Of a stretch of 64,000 nt of DNA, positions 53,884 to 64,000 are shown in pieces (positions within the stretch are counted from its first letter, which is position 1; every line of letters begins with the position of its first letter). The DNA is taken from the NCBI RefSeq assembly GCF_006345805.1, contig NC_043018.1, positions 13,144,001-13,208,000 of the forward strand. The letters are read 5' to 3'. This stretch comes from Octopus sinensis. Taxonomy: Eukaryota. The notes below the pieces were generated by a model. That model worked only from the letters and a program-made list of their open reading frames with translations. It did no database searches and was not told where the DNA came from. A program made the position numbers and the translations under genes.

Positions 53884-55232
53884 CCATCCATCCATTTTCA
53901 TGGAATGGTCATGAGGGTAGAATCATTAAGACCCTCAGCTATAAGGTCTTATCAGAAGCAACCGTCACCACACTTTCCAGCTGAATTCCCAAGCGTAACC
54001 AACTCTTTCTCTTTTACTTGTTTCAGTCATTTGACTGCGACCATGCTGGAGCACCACCTTTCAATAAAATCAACCCCAGGACTTATTCTTTGGAAGCATA
54101 GTACTTACTCTATCGTTCTCTTTTGCCGAACCACTAAGTTACAGGGACGTAAACACACCACCATCGGTTGTCAAACAATGTTGGGGGGACAAACACAGAC
54201 ACACAAACATATATATACACACATGCATATATATATATACAAATATATATGATGAGCTTCTTTCAGTTTCCGTCTACCAAATCCACTCATAAGGCTTTGG
54301 TCGGCCCAAAGCTATAGTAGAAGACACTTGCCCAAGGTGCCATGCAGTGAGAATGAACCCGGAACCATGTGGTTGGTAAGCAAGCTACTTACCACATAGA
54401 TATTATCTGAGCATCTTGGTCTTCATCTACCTCTAGGTTTCCTGCCTGTTGCCTTGGCTTGAAGAATCTGTCTTGCAATTCTTTCCTGCAACATTTTAAT
54501 CACATGAGCATAGTACTGGAGCCATAACCCCTCAATGCAGAGTAGTGGCTCCACCTGGAGAGACTTCCTCATACCCGAGGTATTCATCCTGTTAAGTAAC
54601 ATTACTCCAGAGATCGTTAAGAGGAACATCTTTTCAAGCACTTGTATCCACCAAGATTCATGACCAAAGGTGAGCATAGACACAAACACCAAATTGAAGA
54701 TGGCAAGTTTGGTCCTTTTTTACCAATCTCATATGAGGATAGAATGCTGGAAAAGGTAAATTACAGTACCGACACCTGCAATTCTAGCATCCAATTCATC
54801 CTCCTGCTTCCCATCATTCATAAAAATGGCCCTGAGATACTTAAACATCTCTACTTGTCTCTCTGATGTTCCACTAACATGCAGAGTGTACTGCAAAGAC
54901 ATTCTTGTGAGAATCAATTCCTCAATCTTTGCAAAACCAGTCTTCATCCTTACCTTGCAGCACTTGCAGTGAACCTATTCATGCATGCTGGAGGTCACCT
55001 TCAGATGAGCCAAGTGACACCATGTTGTCTGCAAATATCAGACAACAAATCTTACACCCACAGATTGTTATATCACTTCCACAATGGCTGTACATGTCAA
55101 TCCATTCATAAAAAGTATGCAAAGGAGAGGTGACAATATGCACCCTTGCTGAAGTCCAACACCCCTATTGAAAGGTTTTAACCTAGCACTATTTACATGA
55201 ATTTAAGCATCGGGACATCTGTATATGCCTAC
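53884..55232 (-). mobile_element. 5'-truncated RTE-type LINE, interrupted by a SINE
   Basis: Minus frames give GVGLQQGCILSPLL, QVEMFKYLRAIFMNDGKQEDELDARI and RKSLQVEPLL...QERIARQILQAKATGRKPRGR. 3' (tgga)n tail at about 53884. Direct repeat agctcagag at 53875-53883 and 55233-55241. Confidence 0.9.
54003..54400 (-). mobile_element. SINE family A inserted within the RTE LINE
   Basis: Nearly full-length family A copy; LINE-derived peptide sequence resumes on both sides. Confidence 0.85.
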
Positions 55233-56042
55233 AGCTCAGAGTTATAGTAGAAAACCCTGTCACACAGTGGGACTGAGCTCATTATCATATAGTCGGTAAG
55301 TGAACTGCTGCCCTTCTTAATGAAAACATTTAGAATATTTGTACTATGGTTTCAAAAGACTACTGACAGATAAAATGTGAGGCCTGATCCAGCTTTTATG
55401 TGGTCATTTGACTTGCTAGAAACAGCAGCTAAATTTCCTTCGAATCACACTCTATCAACTTTGAAAAAGGAGAGATACATTAAACATTGTGGTCATAGAT
55501 ATATATAAGACACTGTCATGGCTGGAATATTTTTGATCCAATATTTGCCGGATCAGAGTTGATCTGGGGTTCAACAACAAGAAATGATTTCTAACGAAGG
55601 TACTTCAAACTTTGTGAGGAGAATATGATTACATTGAGGACTATTTTGTTGGTACTTTATTTTATCAATCCTGGAGGGATGAAAAGCAAGGTCAACTTTA
55701 GTAGGATTTTTACTGGGAACATGCAAAATGTAATTAAATAATTAGGTCCTGCATAACTGTAGGGTCAATACATTTTTCTCAGTGCTCTATCCAGTGATAC
55801 ATAATCTATTACTACAATTGACAGTGTATCGCATCTCTCAGTTTGTCCATCCTCAAGGGAGATAACTTTGGTCACTATATACTAAGTCTTACCTGTTATA
55901 TGCCAGATAATGTTGGGACTATTTTTGCCACACATAATTGGTAGTTAAAAGTATTTTGTTGCTATTGGTAACTATGAACACAATAACGAGAAATTTGTTT
56001 TATTTAAAATTTATTTTACGTTAGTAAATATTTTCATTTTGA

Positions 56043-56433
56043 ACGAGTGGCTGTGTGGTAAGTAGCTTGCTGACCAACAACATTACCAACTGGGTTCAGT
56101 CCCACTGCGTAGCACCTTGAGCAAGTGTCTTCTACTATGGTCTCGGGCTGACCAAAGCCTTGTGAATGGATTTGATAGATAGAAACTGAAAGAAGCCCAT
56201 CAAATATATATATATATATATGCGTGTGTGTGAGTGTTTGTGTCTGTTTGTCTGCCCACCATCGCTTGACAACCAATGTTGGTGTGTTTATGTCCCTGTA
56301 GCTTAGTGGTTTGGCAAAAGAGACCGATAAAATAAGTACTAGACTTACAAAGAATAAGTCCTGGGGTCAATTTGTTCAACTAAAGGCGGTGCTCCAGCAT
56401 GGCCGCAGTCAAATGACTGAAATGAATGAAAGA
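56043..56433 (+). mobile_element. tRNA-derived SINE family A, full length
   Basis: Head gagtggctgtgtggtaagtagcttgc through tail gactgaaatgaatgaaagaaag. Confidence 0.9.
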
Positions 56434-56523
56434 AAGAATGAATTCAGTTCTATATTTAAGAGATGAGGAATTATGTACATTATTTACATTTGAAGGATAT
56501 TTGTCCTCATCTTGTTTGTTGTT

Positions 56524-56569
56524 AACACAACGTTTTGGCTGAGATACCCTCCACCCTTCTTCAGGTGTT
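56524..56569 (-). ncRNA. Hammerhead motif, decayed left-arm copy
   Basis: AACAC-CTGAAGA-aGGgTG...CAGCC-aAAA-C-GTT-GTGTT: GAAA is mutated to AAAA and stem II is mismatched. Confidence 0.55.
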
Positions 56570-56852
56570 TTGGGGAAATTGCAAACCTGGGTTCTCATTC
56601 CTAAGGTATTTTTTGATGTTTTTATTATTATTATTATTGTTCAGGTCACTGCTTGGAATCGAACTCGGAATCTTGGGTTAGTAGCCTGCGCTCTTATACT
56701 TGTGGGCATATGGCATAGTGGTTAAGAGCGCAGGCTACTAACCCCAAGATTCCAAGTTCGATTCCAAGCAGTGACCTGAACAATAATATTAATAATATTG
56801 ATAACATCGAAAAATACCTTGGAATGAGAACCCAGGTTCGAAATTTCCCCAA

Positions 56853-56898
56853 GACACCTGATGAAGGCTGGAGGGTATATCAGCCGAAACGTTGTGTT
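56853..56898 (+). ncRNA. Minimal type I hammerhead ribozyme motif, core intact
   Basis: GACAC-CTGATGA-a-GGCTG-gagggtatat-CAGCC-GAAA-C-GTT-GTGTT: 5-bp stems I and II, palindromic stem III (ACGT), GUU triplet. Confidence 0.8.
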
Positions 56899-57342
56899 AA
56901 CAACAAACAAGATGAGGACAAATATCCATCGAATGTAAATAACGTAAGAATGAATTCATTTCATTATTTTGTATGAGCACCATGAAACTTGAATAAAATA
57001 CACCCATAATTATTGTAGCTATGTAACATTACCTGAAATTACCCAGTGTCACAAGTATATTCTCAACATCAGATCTCATTTGATGAGTAACAACTCTAAT
57101 GATAGGAATAAGAAAAATTTTTTGAATAATGTTGCTCAAGCAATGTCTGACTCAGAATCAAATAGAAAACACCTCTACAGGTGTGAATCTAGTTTACATT
57201 GATGGGTGTGAGGCACAAACAACAGTTCTGAGAAAGTTGCTGGACTGCTACCATTGGTCAGAAGTTTACTGAAGCCAATGTTTTATGTCTTTGAGCTACT
57301 CATAAAACTGTTCCTAGTTGTTGTTGTTATTATTATTATTAT

Positions 57343-57746
57343 TGTGGCAATCTGGCAGAATCGTTAGTAAAACCAGGCAAAATGCAGAGCAGTATTTCAC
57401 CCATCCTTATGTTCTGAGTTCAAATTCCGCCAGGTCAACTTTGCCTTTCACCCTTTCAAAACTGGGGTCAATGTAATCGACCAGTCCCCTCCCCCCAAAT
57501 TTGAGGCCTTGTGCTTTTAGTAGAAAAGATTATTAGTATTGTTATTATTATCGTGGCAAGCTGGCAGAATCGCTAGCATGCCAGACAAAATGCCATTTCT
57601 ACGTTCTGAGTTCAAATTCTGCTGAGGTCAACTTTGCCTTTCATCCTCTCAGGGTCGATAAAATAAGTACCGGTTGAGCACTGGGGTCGATGCAATTGAC
57701 TTACCCCATCCCCCGAAATTGCTGGCCTTGTGCCAAAATTTCCAAC

Positions 57747-57778
<32 letters not shown>

Positions 57779-58145
57779 CTTAAACAGTAAGCTGGTAGCA
57801 TCATTACTGCACCAAATAAAATGCTTAGTAAGATTTCTTTTAGCTCCTTACTTTCTGAGTTCAAATACCTTTGAGGTCAATAAAATAAGTACTATTTAAG
57901 CACTAGTGTCAATGTAATTGACTAGCCCCCTTCCCCAAAACTCAGGCCTTGAGACTATATTAGAAACAAAGGTGGCAAGCTAGTAGAATCATCAGTAGAC
58001 CAGACAAAAATGCCTGGTGGCATTCCTTCTGGCTTTATCGTCCGAGTTAAAATGGTCGGCAAAATAAAGTACCAGCCAAGGGGTGCAGTCAGTGTGATTA
58101 ACTTATCCCTTCACTGAAAATTGCTGGCCTTGTGCCACCATTTGA
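57343..58145 (+). mobile_element. Four head-to-tail SINE-like family C copies
   Basis: gg(c/t)aa(g/t)ct(g/a)g(c/t)ag(a/c)atc-type heads recur near 57345, 57555, 57790 and 57975, separated mainly by (TTA)n tails. Confidence 0.8.
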
Positions 58146-59556
58146 AACTATTGAAGTAATGCGTGGCACTTTATTATTTAATATTGATCCCAGTTTAATA
58201 AACTGATAAAAATATATATTGACAATTGATAGTTGACGATTAAAAGAAAAAAAAATTAGTCGTGAAGTTTTCAGTCCCCTTTAATAAGGTTGATAACCGA
58301 TCCGAAGAATATATACTAAGGGAATCGAGGTGGACGAGGGTTCGATCTTAATACTTTGAAACAGCAAATTCAGCTAAATACACCGAAGAACCAGGTGTTA
58401 TTTAGCCCAAGTTTCAGAACTGATCGAGCTACAGCCATCCAGTTTTTTTTTTTGTTTTTTAATTGAGACATTGTGTATAATCCAATACTCTGCTATTTAA
58501 ACGGGGAGGTATGGTGAGCAGACTACCCAGGGAGAGAGAATCAACGAAATAGCTGCCAAATCTTCCTCAAATCTCACCTTGCCGTCTTAAATAAGGGGCA
58601 TACTGTGCAACGTAGTCCTAAATATCCTTAAAAGACGAGATGGTCACGGCTGGAACGTCATTCATCATAGGTCTGCGCCGTCGGGTACTCAACAAAGACT
58701 ATGACCCCCAAGTAAGGACGTTGATTATCCACCTGGAAAAATAATTACTTACGTAAAACCATCCCATAGGTAAAAAAAAAAAACAAATGAATGTAAAACA
58801 AGGAAAAAAAACGAAAAACAAAAAACGTTACTAAGAAACAATAATTTGGTAAGTTTCAAATTTAAGCGTTGATTTCTGTGAGGTTTCAACGGAGTTTATG
58901 CGACGTAATTTCACCCTAAAAGATTAGTCTACTTCAAAATAACGTGGGAAAAATTCAATATTCATTACCGTAAAATATTTTTTTATCGTCTGCGCTGAAG
59001 TTTTTTTCTTTCCACAATTTTATAAACTATCGAAACATCACTATTCGCCATAAACACTCACAATCACACTGACAGTGGCACCGTCTCCTGCAGCCTCCGT
59101 TTCGTATACCACCACTTTAATACATTTTTCCATTTAATTAATTAATTAAAAATAATAAGGAAAAAAACAAACATTATTACACGAAAAGTCATTTTTTGTT
59201 TCGACTATGCTCCATATACTTATTTTTTCTTTTTTTTCACGACGTCTCTGATCGACTCAAAACTTGATTTTTAAAAATCACTTTTAAACGAAACTTATGT
59301 AAAAAGAAAGTCACTCGACTTACGGAAATGGTACGGAATAATGTTCAGATATTATATAAATATATATATAAGTAAAATAAGAATCAATTAGGGACTGATG
59401 GGGGCTCTTCTTCCTCCCATAAGAAATTCGAGGTATTGTGCCTTTGTTACAAATCGATATTATACAAATATCTTGATAAAATAAGTAATGTCAAGCACAA
59501 TGGATCAACTTGATCGACTACACACTTCCTCCAAAAATATCTGAGGCCTTCAATTC

Positions 59557-59606
<50 letters not shown>

Positions 59607-60295
59607 ATACAAATTTACACCTTATGATTGGTGATGTAAACAGGAAAATAGAACTCAAAACGTGTAACAGACCTCAATTATGCCCCCCCCCCCCACCATC
59701 GACTTTGTTTCCTCATAACTTCCTGAAAAATGGATTGTGTTTTTTTAAATGAAATTTTCAACAAATACGCTTCAGATGGTTTAGATAACGATTGTTTTGA
59801 AATTTCATGTAGAAAAAACCCCCCAAAATCCTTGAGTGGGAATTTCGAAAATTCACGAGTCGACTTTGTTTCCACATAACTTTTTAAAAATGGGTATTTT
59901 TTAATGAAATTTTCAACAAATACCTTTCACAATACGATTTCATCATTTCGAGAAAAAAATTGTGATGTGTGTCAGTATATAAGATATCTATTTTTCTGGG
60001 AGCTAAAAAAACAAAACCAGTGGGGTGGACACATTTATGTAGGTCTCTCTCTCTTTCTTTCTCTCTCTCTCTCCTTTTCTCTGTGGTTATTGGTAATCGA
60101 CACAAGTCCCCGTATGATTCAAGAGCCAAGTTTCGTACGTTGGCTTTTCGTCGGATGAGCACCAATAAATGAAACTCTCAACCCTGGAACTTCTACCGTT
60201 TATTATGTGTGTGAACTTATCACTTATGGAAATTACCGTGTTTGTTGGTAGGAGGTGGGTGGGGTAATTGAATTGTATCTAGTTTTATAAAAAAA

Positions 60296-60669
60296 ACTAG
60301 CAGTATCGCCCGGCGTTGCTCGGATTTGTAAGGGAAATAACTATATAAGCATTTTTAGAGAGTTATAGCCAAAAAATAGCAAAAAAATTATGGTAAATTT
60401 TTTTTTAAATCGTTGACTCATCGTAGACATTTTAGAGAGTTACTTCCCTTATATAATAGCGAAAAATGCATTAAAATGGGAAAAATGATGGTAATTTTTT
60501 TTTTTTAATCGTAGACTCATCGTAGACGCACGCTAATACCCAGAAGGGCTCGATATGAATCACGACTATAAGATACCCGCTTTTGGTTAAACTGCACCGC
60601 AAAATGTGGGAGTAGTTAGGAATCTAAATCGTAGGAGACAGACACACAACCTTACTTTTATATATAAAG
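60296..60669 (+). mobile_element. Non-autonomous Helentron-like (HINE-type) element
   Basis: actagcagtatcgCCCGGcgttgctcgg 5' end, internal subrepeats, gacagacacac...ttttatatataaag 3' end. Confidence 0.7.
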
Positions 60670-62645
60670 CTATGTTTTAGAATCTCCAAAAATGGAAATG
60701 TTACAGAAATCGACGTTTAAATTAGGAAAATTATCCCTTTTTTCATTTTTTTTTCTAAACACCCTTTTTAGGTCACCAGAAGTAATTAAACTTTCTATTC
60801 AAATTCCATTTTACACCTGGGGTTCTTTATTCTGAAGCTTAGGTGAATGATTTAATTTGAATCTTGACATTTATTAGAACAAATAGAATCAAGTTATAGA
60901 ACTTAGTTACCATCTAATGAATGATTAAAGAACACTAAGACATTCGTTGTTTGAGGGATATCGACAATCTTCTTAGTTCTATTTTATTTTAAGAATTTTA
61001 TTATCTTTTATTGAGTTTTTCGAATTCTATTTATTCTCATTGCCATGAACAACGTACAGCAGTCCTTAATATGCACTTTTTCTGATTCCACGTTTCATGC
61101 CACACCGAAGGAGCCTCTGCATAGTCGTTAAGCCTGCTAGAAACAGCAAACAAATCTCCCTCAAATCACACGCTGGCTTAATAAAAGACATTCAGTAATG
61201 TAGTCCGAGATATACACCGCATCTGAATGAAAGACGGAATGGTCAGAAGTAGAACATCTTTGACTCCGGCGTGTAAAAGGCTGGTTCATCCGGAGATCCA
61301 AAGAAGTGCCTGTGAAATTTCTCCTGGAGTCTCTCTCTCTCTGATAATTCACATATTGCGATTTTATTTCCTCATAACTTTTTGAAAAATGGATATATCT
61401 AAATGAGATACCCGACGAATTCATGTTTTTCAATATCTTTCTCCCCATCAACACATTTGATGGTCTATTGCTGGAAATTAAGCCTAAAATTCGGACTGTA
61501 TTTTAAAATGTGATTTAAAAAGTTCGAAATTTTTTTTAATAAATTTCTTAAAATCTCGAAAAGTCAAGAATTTACCAAAATATTTTGCATAGTTGTATGA
61601 TTTCCCGTATTTAGAATAAAAATTTTCTGAAAATTCTAAAAATTGAAGAAGTTATGCGAGGGTTATATGCCGTGCATAAAGCAGAATTCTAGAAGGAAAA
61701 AGGAGAAAGAATTCTTAAAACGAATAATTTTTTTTTTCAACATAAATGTAATCTACCTCACCGAAACGTATGAGGAAACAAAGGGAAAGTATGTGAATTA
61801 TCGGAAACTACTTTCACTTTTATTTTAACACAAAGTTCCTATATAATCGTAAAATAGACTTTCCAAAAATTATATGGAGTCGATTTCTTTGGAAAAAATA
61901 CCCATTTATCTGGAAAGAAAGTCGGAGAATACACTTGTGTAAGTCAGCTATAGATACATATGCGTGTGGGTAGTCTTACTGGAAGGTGTACATACTGTGG
62001 AGAGAAAACAGGGGTTTAACATGAAGTTTAGGGGACCTGAACGAGCATCCCAAGAAGGGAACAAGAAATGCTATTGTCTCGTATGTACCGGTGTAACATC
62101 AATAAATGTTCCGTTTTAAATACAAATCTCTTAAATAAACCGGAAGTCAGAAAGAATCCCACGAAGAGACGGTGTTGGGTGTAAATTACGCAAATCGCTT
62201 CAGAGAAGACTTTTCAGTAAGTTCACTTTCCAAATTTTATTTTCTAACGTTTATTTGGACGTTCTTTGGTTAAATATTGCATAACTATTAAATGACTGTA
62301 GTATTAATTACCCAACTATGCGTTTAACACTCTTCTATTGAAACTGGAGAAATGAAAACTTCGTCAGAATTGTTTTCTCTCAGATCCTACCGAGATCAAC
62401 AATTGCATTTCCCTCTTTCCAGATTCTCATAAAATAAGAAGGTGTAAAAAAGAAAATTTGTGATCAAGTAATGATTGCGTGTCTAGACCTACATTCTCCG
62501 CCCTGCCTATCATTCGTTGAAAACCGCTAGAGTGCAGTTTACAGGAAATTCAGCTGCTATTTCTCGCAATTTAGCCAACTCTCATCCACTTTCACGCTAC
62601 CGCTTACTTTTAAATGTCCAATTCCACATCCCGCCAAAATCCATT

Positions 62646-62684
<39 letters not shown>

Positions 62685-62693
62685 TATATATAT

Positions 62694-62949
62694 ATAAGAA
62701 AGAAAAAGGTGTTCAGAATGCTGGATGGTTGTAAAAATATATATTTATTTACATATCACATATCATTTCTTCATATTAGCGCTTTCAACTGCTCCTGTAG
62801 TTTCATCAGAAATGTCAGTTTGTAGAGCTAATATGAAGAAATAATATGTGTTATGTAAATAAACATATATTTTTACAACCATCCAGCATTCTGAATACCT
62901 TTTACTTTCTTATGTATTAAATCTGTACATCACTCCCAATACTTCTAAC

Positions 62950-62955
<6 letters not shown>
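62694..62955. mobile_element. Fold-back element with ~87-bp arms and a one-sided tail, in a (TA)n site
   Basis: 62694-62780 is the approximate reverse complement of 62827-62913. Flanked by (TA)n on both sides. A hammerhead overlaps the loop. Confidence 0.85.
62772..62814 (-). ncRNA. Minimal type I hammerhead ribozyme motif, core intact
   Basis: CATTT-CTGATGA-AACT-acaggagc-AGTT-GAAA-GCG-CTA-ATATG: intact core, 4-bp stem II, palindromic stem III (AGCGCT), CUA triplet, stem I 4 of 5 paired. Confidence 0.75.
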
Positions 62956-62995
<40 letters not shown>

Positions 62996-63493
62996 CATAC
63001 ATACGTACAATGTGTAGCTTCACACGTAATTGCTATTTTTAGCATACTGAATAACAGCAGTAAATAAATGTTTGTTAACGTTCACCAACATTCACACACA
63101 TAATAAATTGTTGTTGTTCGATGAGCTGAACTGCTGTCGCTTGAGATGAAAAAAGGTAGATGGAGGTCGGAGAGGGAATTCGAAGTGGAAAGCACGAGCA
63201 GCACAGCTTGTCTGGCTACAATTGGCCGCTTCGTACTTTGGAAACTCCGTTGTTCCATAATCCTTTTCATTTAAATTCCGCCAGCGTTGTCTTTGCTTTT
63301 GATTCGTTCTTCCAGTTACTTTTCCATGGACAGTGAGGTACTATTTAAGAAGAGTGGTCCCGGTGCGCGCACTCGTGCATCCGCGCTTGCTAGTCGTGAC
63401 TTGTCGATCCTACAACGACTACCTAGCAAAGTAAATAAAACACAAAATAAATAATTTTTTTAAAACAAAGTAAATAAAACACAAAGTAAATGC

Positions 63494-63783
63494 TGGTGTC
63501 ACTTAAAAAGCGTCCAGTTCACACTGTAAAATGGTTGGCATTTGGAAGGGCATCCAGCTATAAAAACCATGCCAAACTGACCTCGCCTGTGCTTGTGCTA
63601 CATAAAAAGCACTCTGTCCACTCTGGTGGGTGGGTGGTTGGTGTTAGGAAAGGCATCCAGCCATAAAAACCCTGCCAAAACAGACATAGAAGTCCAGTGC
63701 AGGTTGCAGCCTGTCCAGCTCCTGTCGAACTGTCCAACCTGTGCCAGCATGGAAGGCGGATGTTAAACGATGATGATGATGAC
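63494..63783 (+). mobile_element. SINE-like family B, two internal subunits
   Basis: gttggcatttggaagggcatccagc, then gttggtgttaggaaaggcatccagcc...gccagcatggaaggcggatgttaaacgatgatgatgat. Confidence 0.85.
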
Positions 63784-64000
63784 GAACACGAAGATGGAGG
63801 AAATGCTGCTAAGCATTTTGTCCAATGTTAGGATTCTGACAGGTTGTTGCCTTAAGCAGCAGAATAGTGTTTAAGATAGATCCATCCATAAAAATTGTTT
63901 ATTTCTTGACAAAGAAAAATAGGTAGAAAAGGCAACAAGTGTCGAACAAAGAATATATATTTCAAAGATGTTATCTCTTAAACCCGCATTGCCAGTCCTA

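Larger units (their letters stand above)
56447..56945. mobile_element. Fold-back element: tRNA-like head + hammerhead + Penelope-like tail, with 13-bp TSD
   Basis: 56476-56696 is the approximate reverse complement of 56723-56946. A box 56711-56721, B box 56756-56765. aagaatgaattca occurs at 56434-56446 and 56946-56958. Confidence 0.9.

Noticed and set aside
56706-56772. tRNA gene
   Set aside because: A and B boxes are present, but I could not fold a convincing cloverleaf or acceptor stem, and it is embedded in a repeat; treated as a SINE-type head.

Overview
AT-rich, microsatellite-dense eukaryotic non-coding DNA, most likely an octopus (coleoid cephalopod) intron or intergenic region. The taxon is inferred from base composition and my recollection of the repeat families, not from a search. 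I cannot identify any host protein-coding gene; most listed ORFs are artefacts of (TA)n/(CA)n tracts and SINEs. The recognisable coding relics are all transposon-derived and broken: piggyBac transposase (13.4 kb), RTE-type LINE reverse transcriptase (14.2 kb and 53.9-55.2 kb), MULE transposase (37.5-38.1 kb) and a Penelope-like GIY-YIG endonuclease tail (51.6 kb). At least four SINE-like families, TTAA MITEs and Helentron-like non-autonomous elements fill much of the rest. The most notable signal is absent from the ORF track: seven minimal type I hammerhead-ribozyme motifs in five unrelated sequence contexts, all with a palindromic stem III. Four of them lie in three long fold-back elements. 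One fold-back (56.45-56.95 kb) combines a tRNA-derived Pol III head, a hammerhead and a Penelope-like tail and is flanked by a 13-bp target-site duplication. Other features of note are a near-perfect 89-bp hairpin, a 705-bp tandem duplication of a promoter/first-exon-like segment, and a 182-bp identical inverted pair about 3 kb apart. All alignments and folds were done by eye, so boundaries are approximate unless a motif is quoted.
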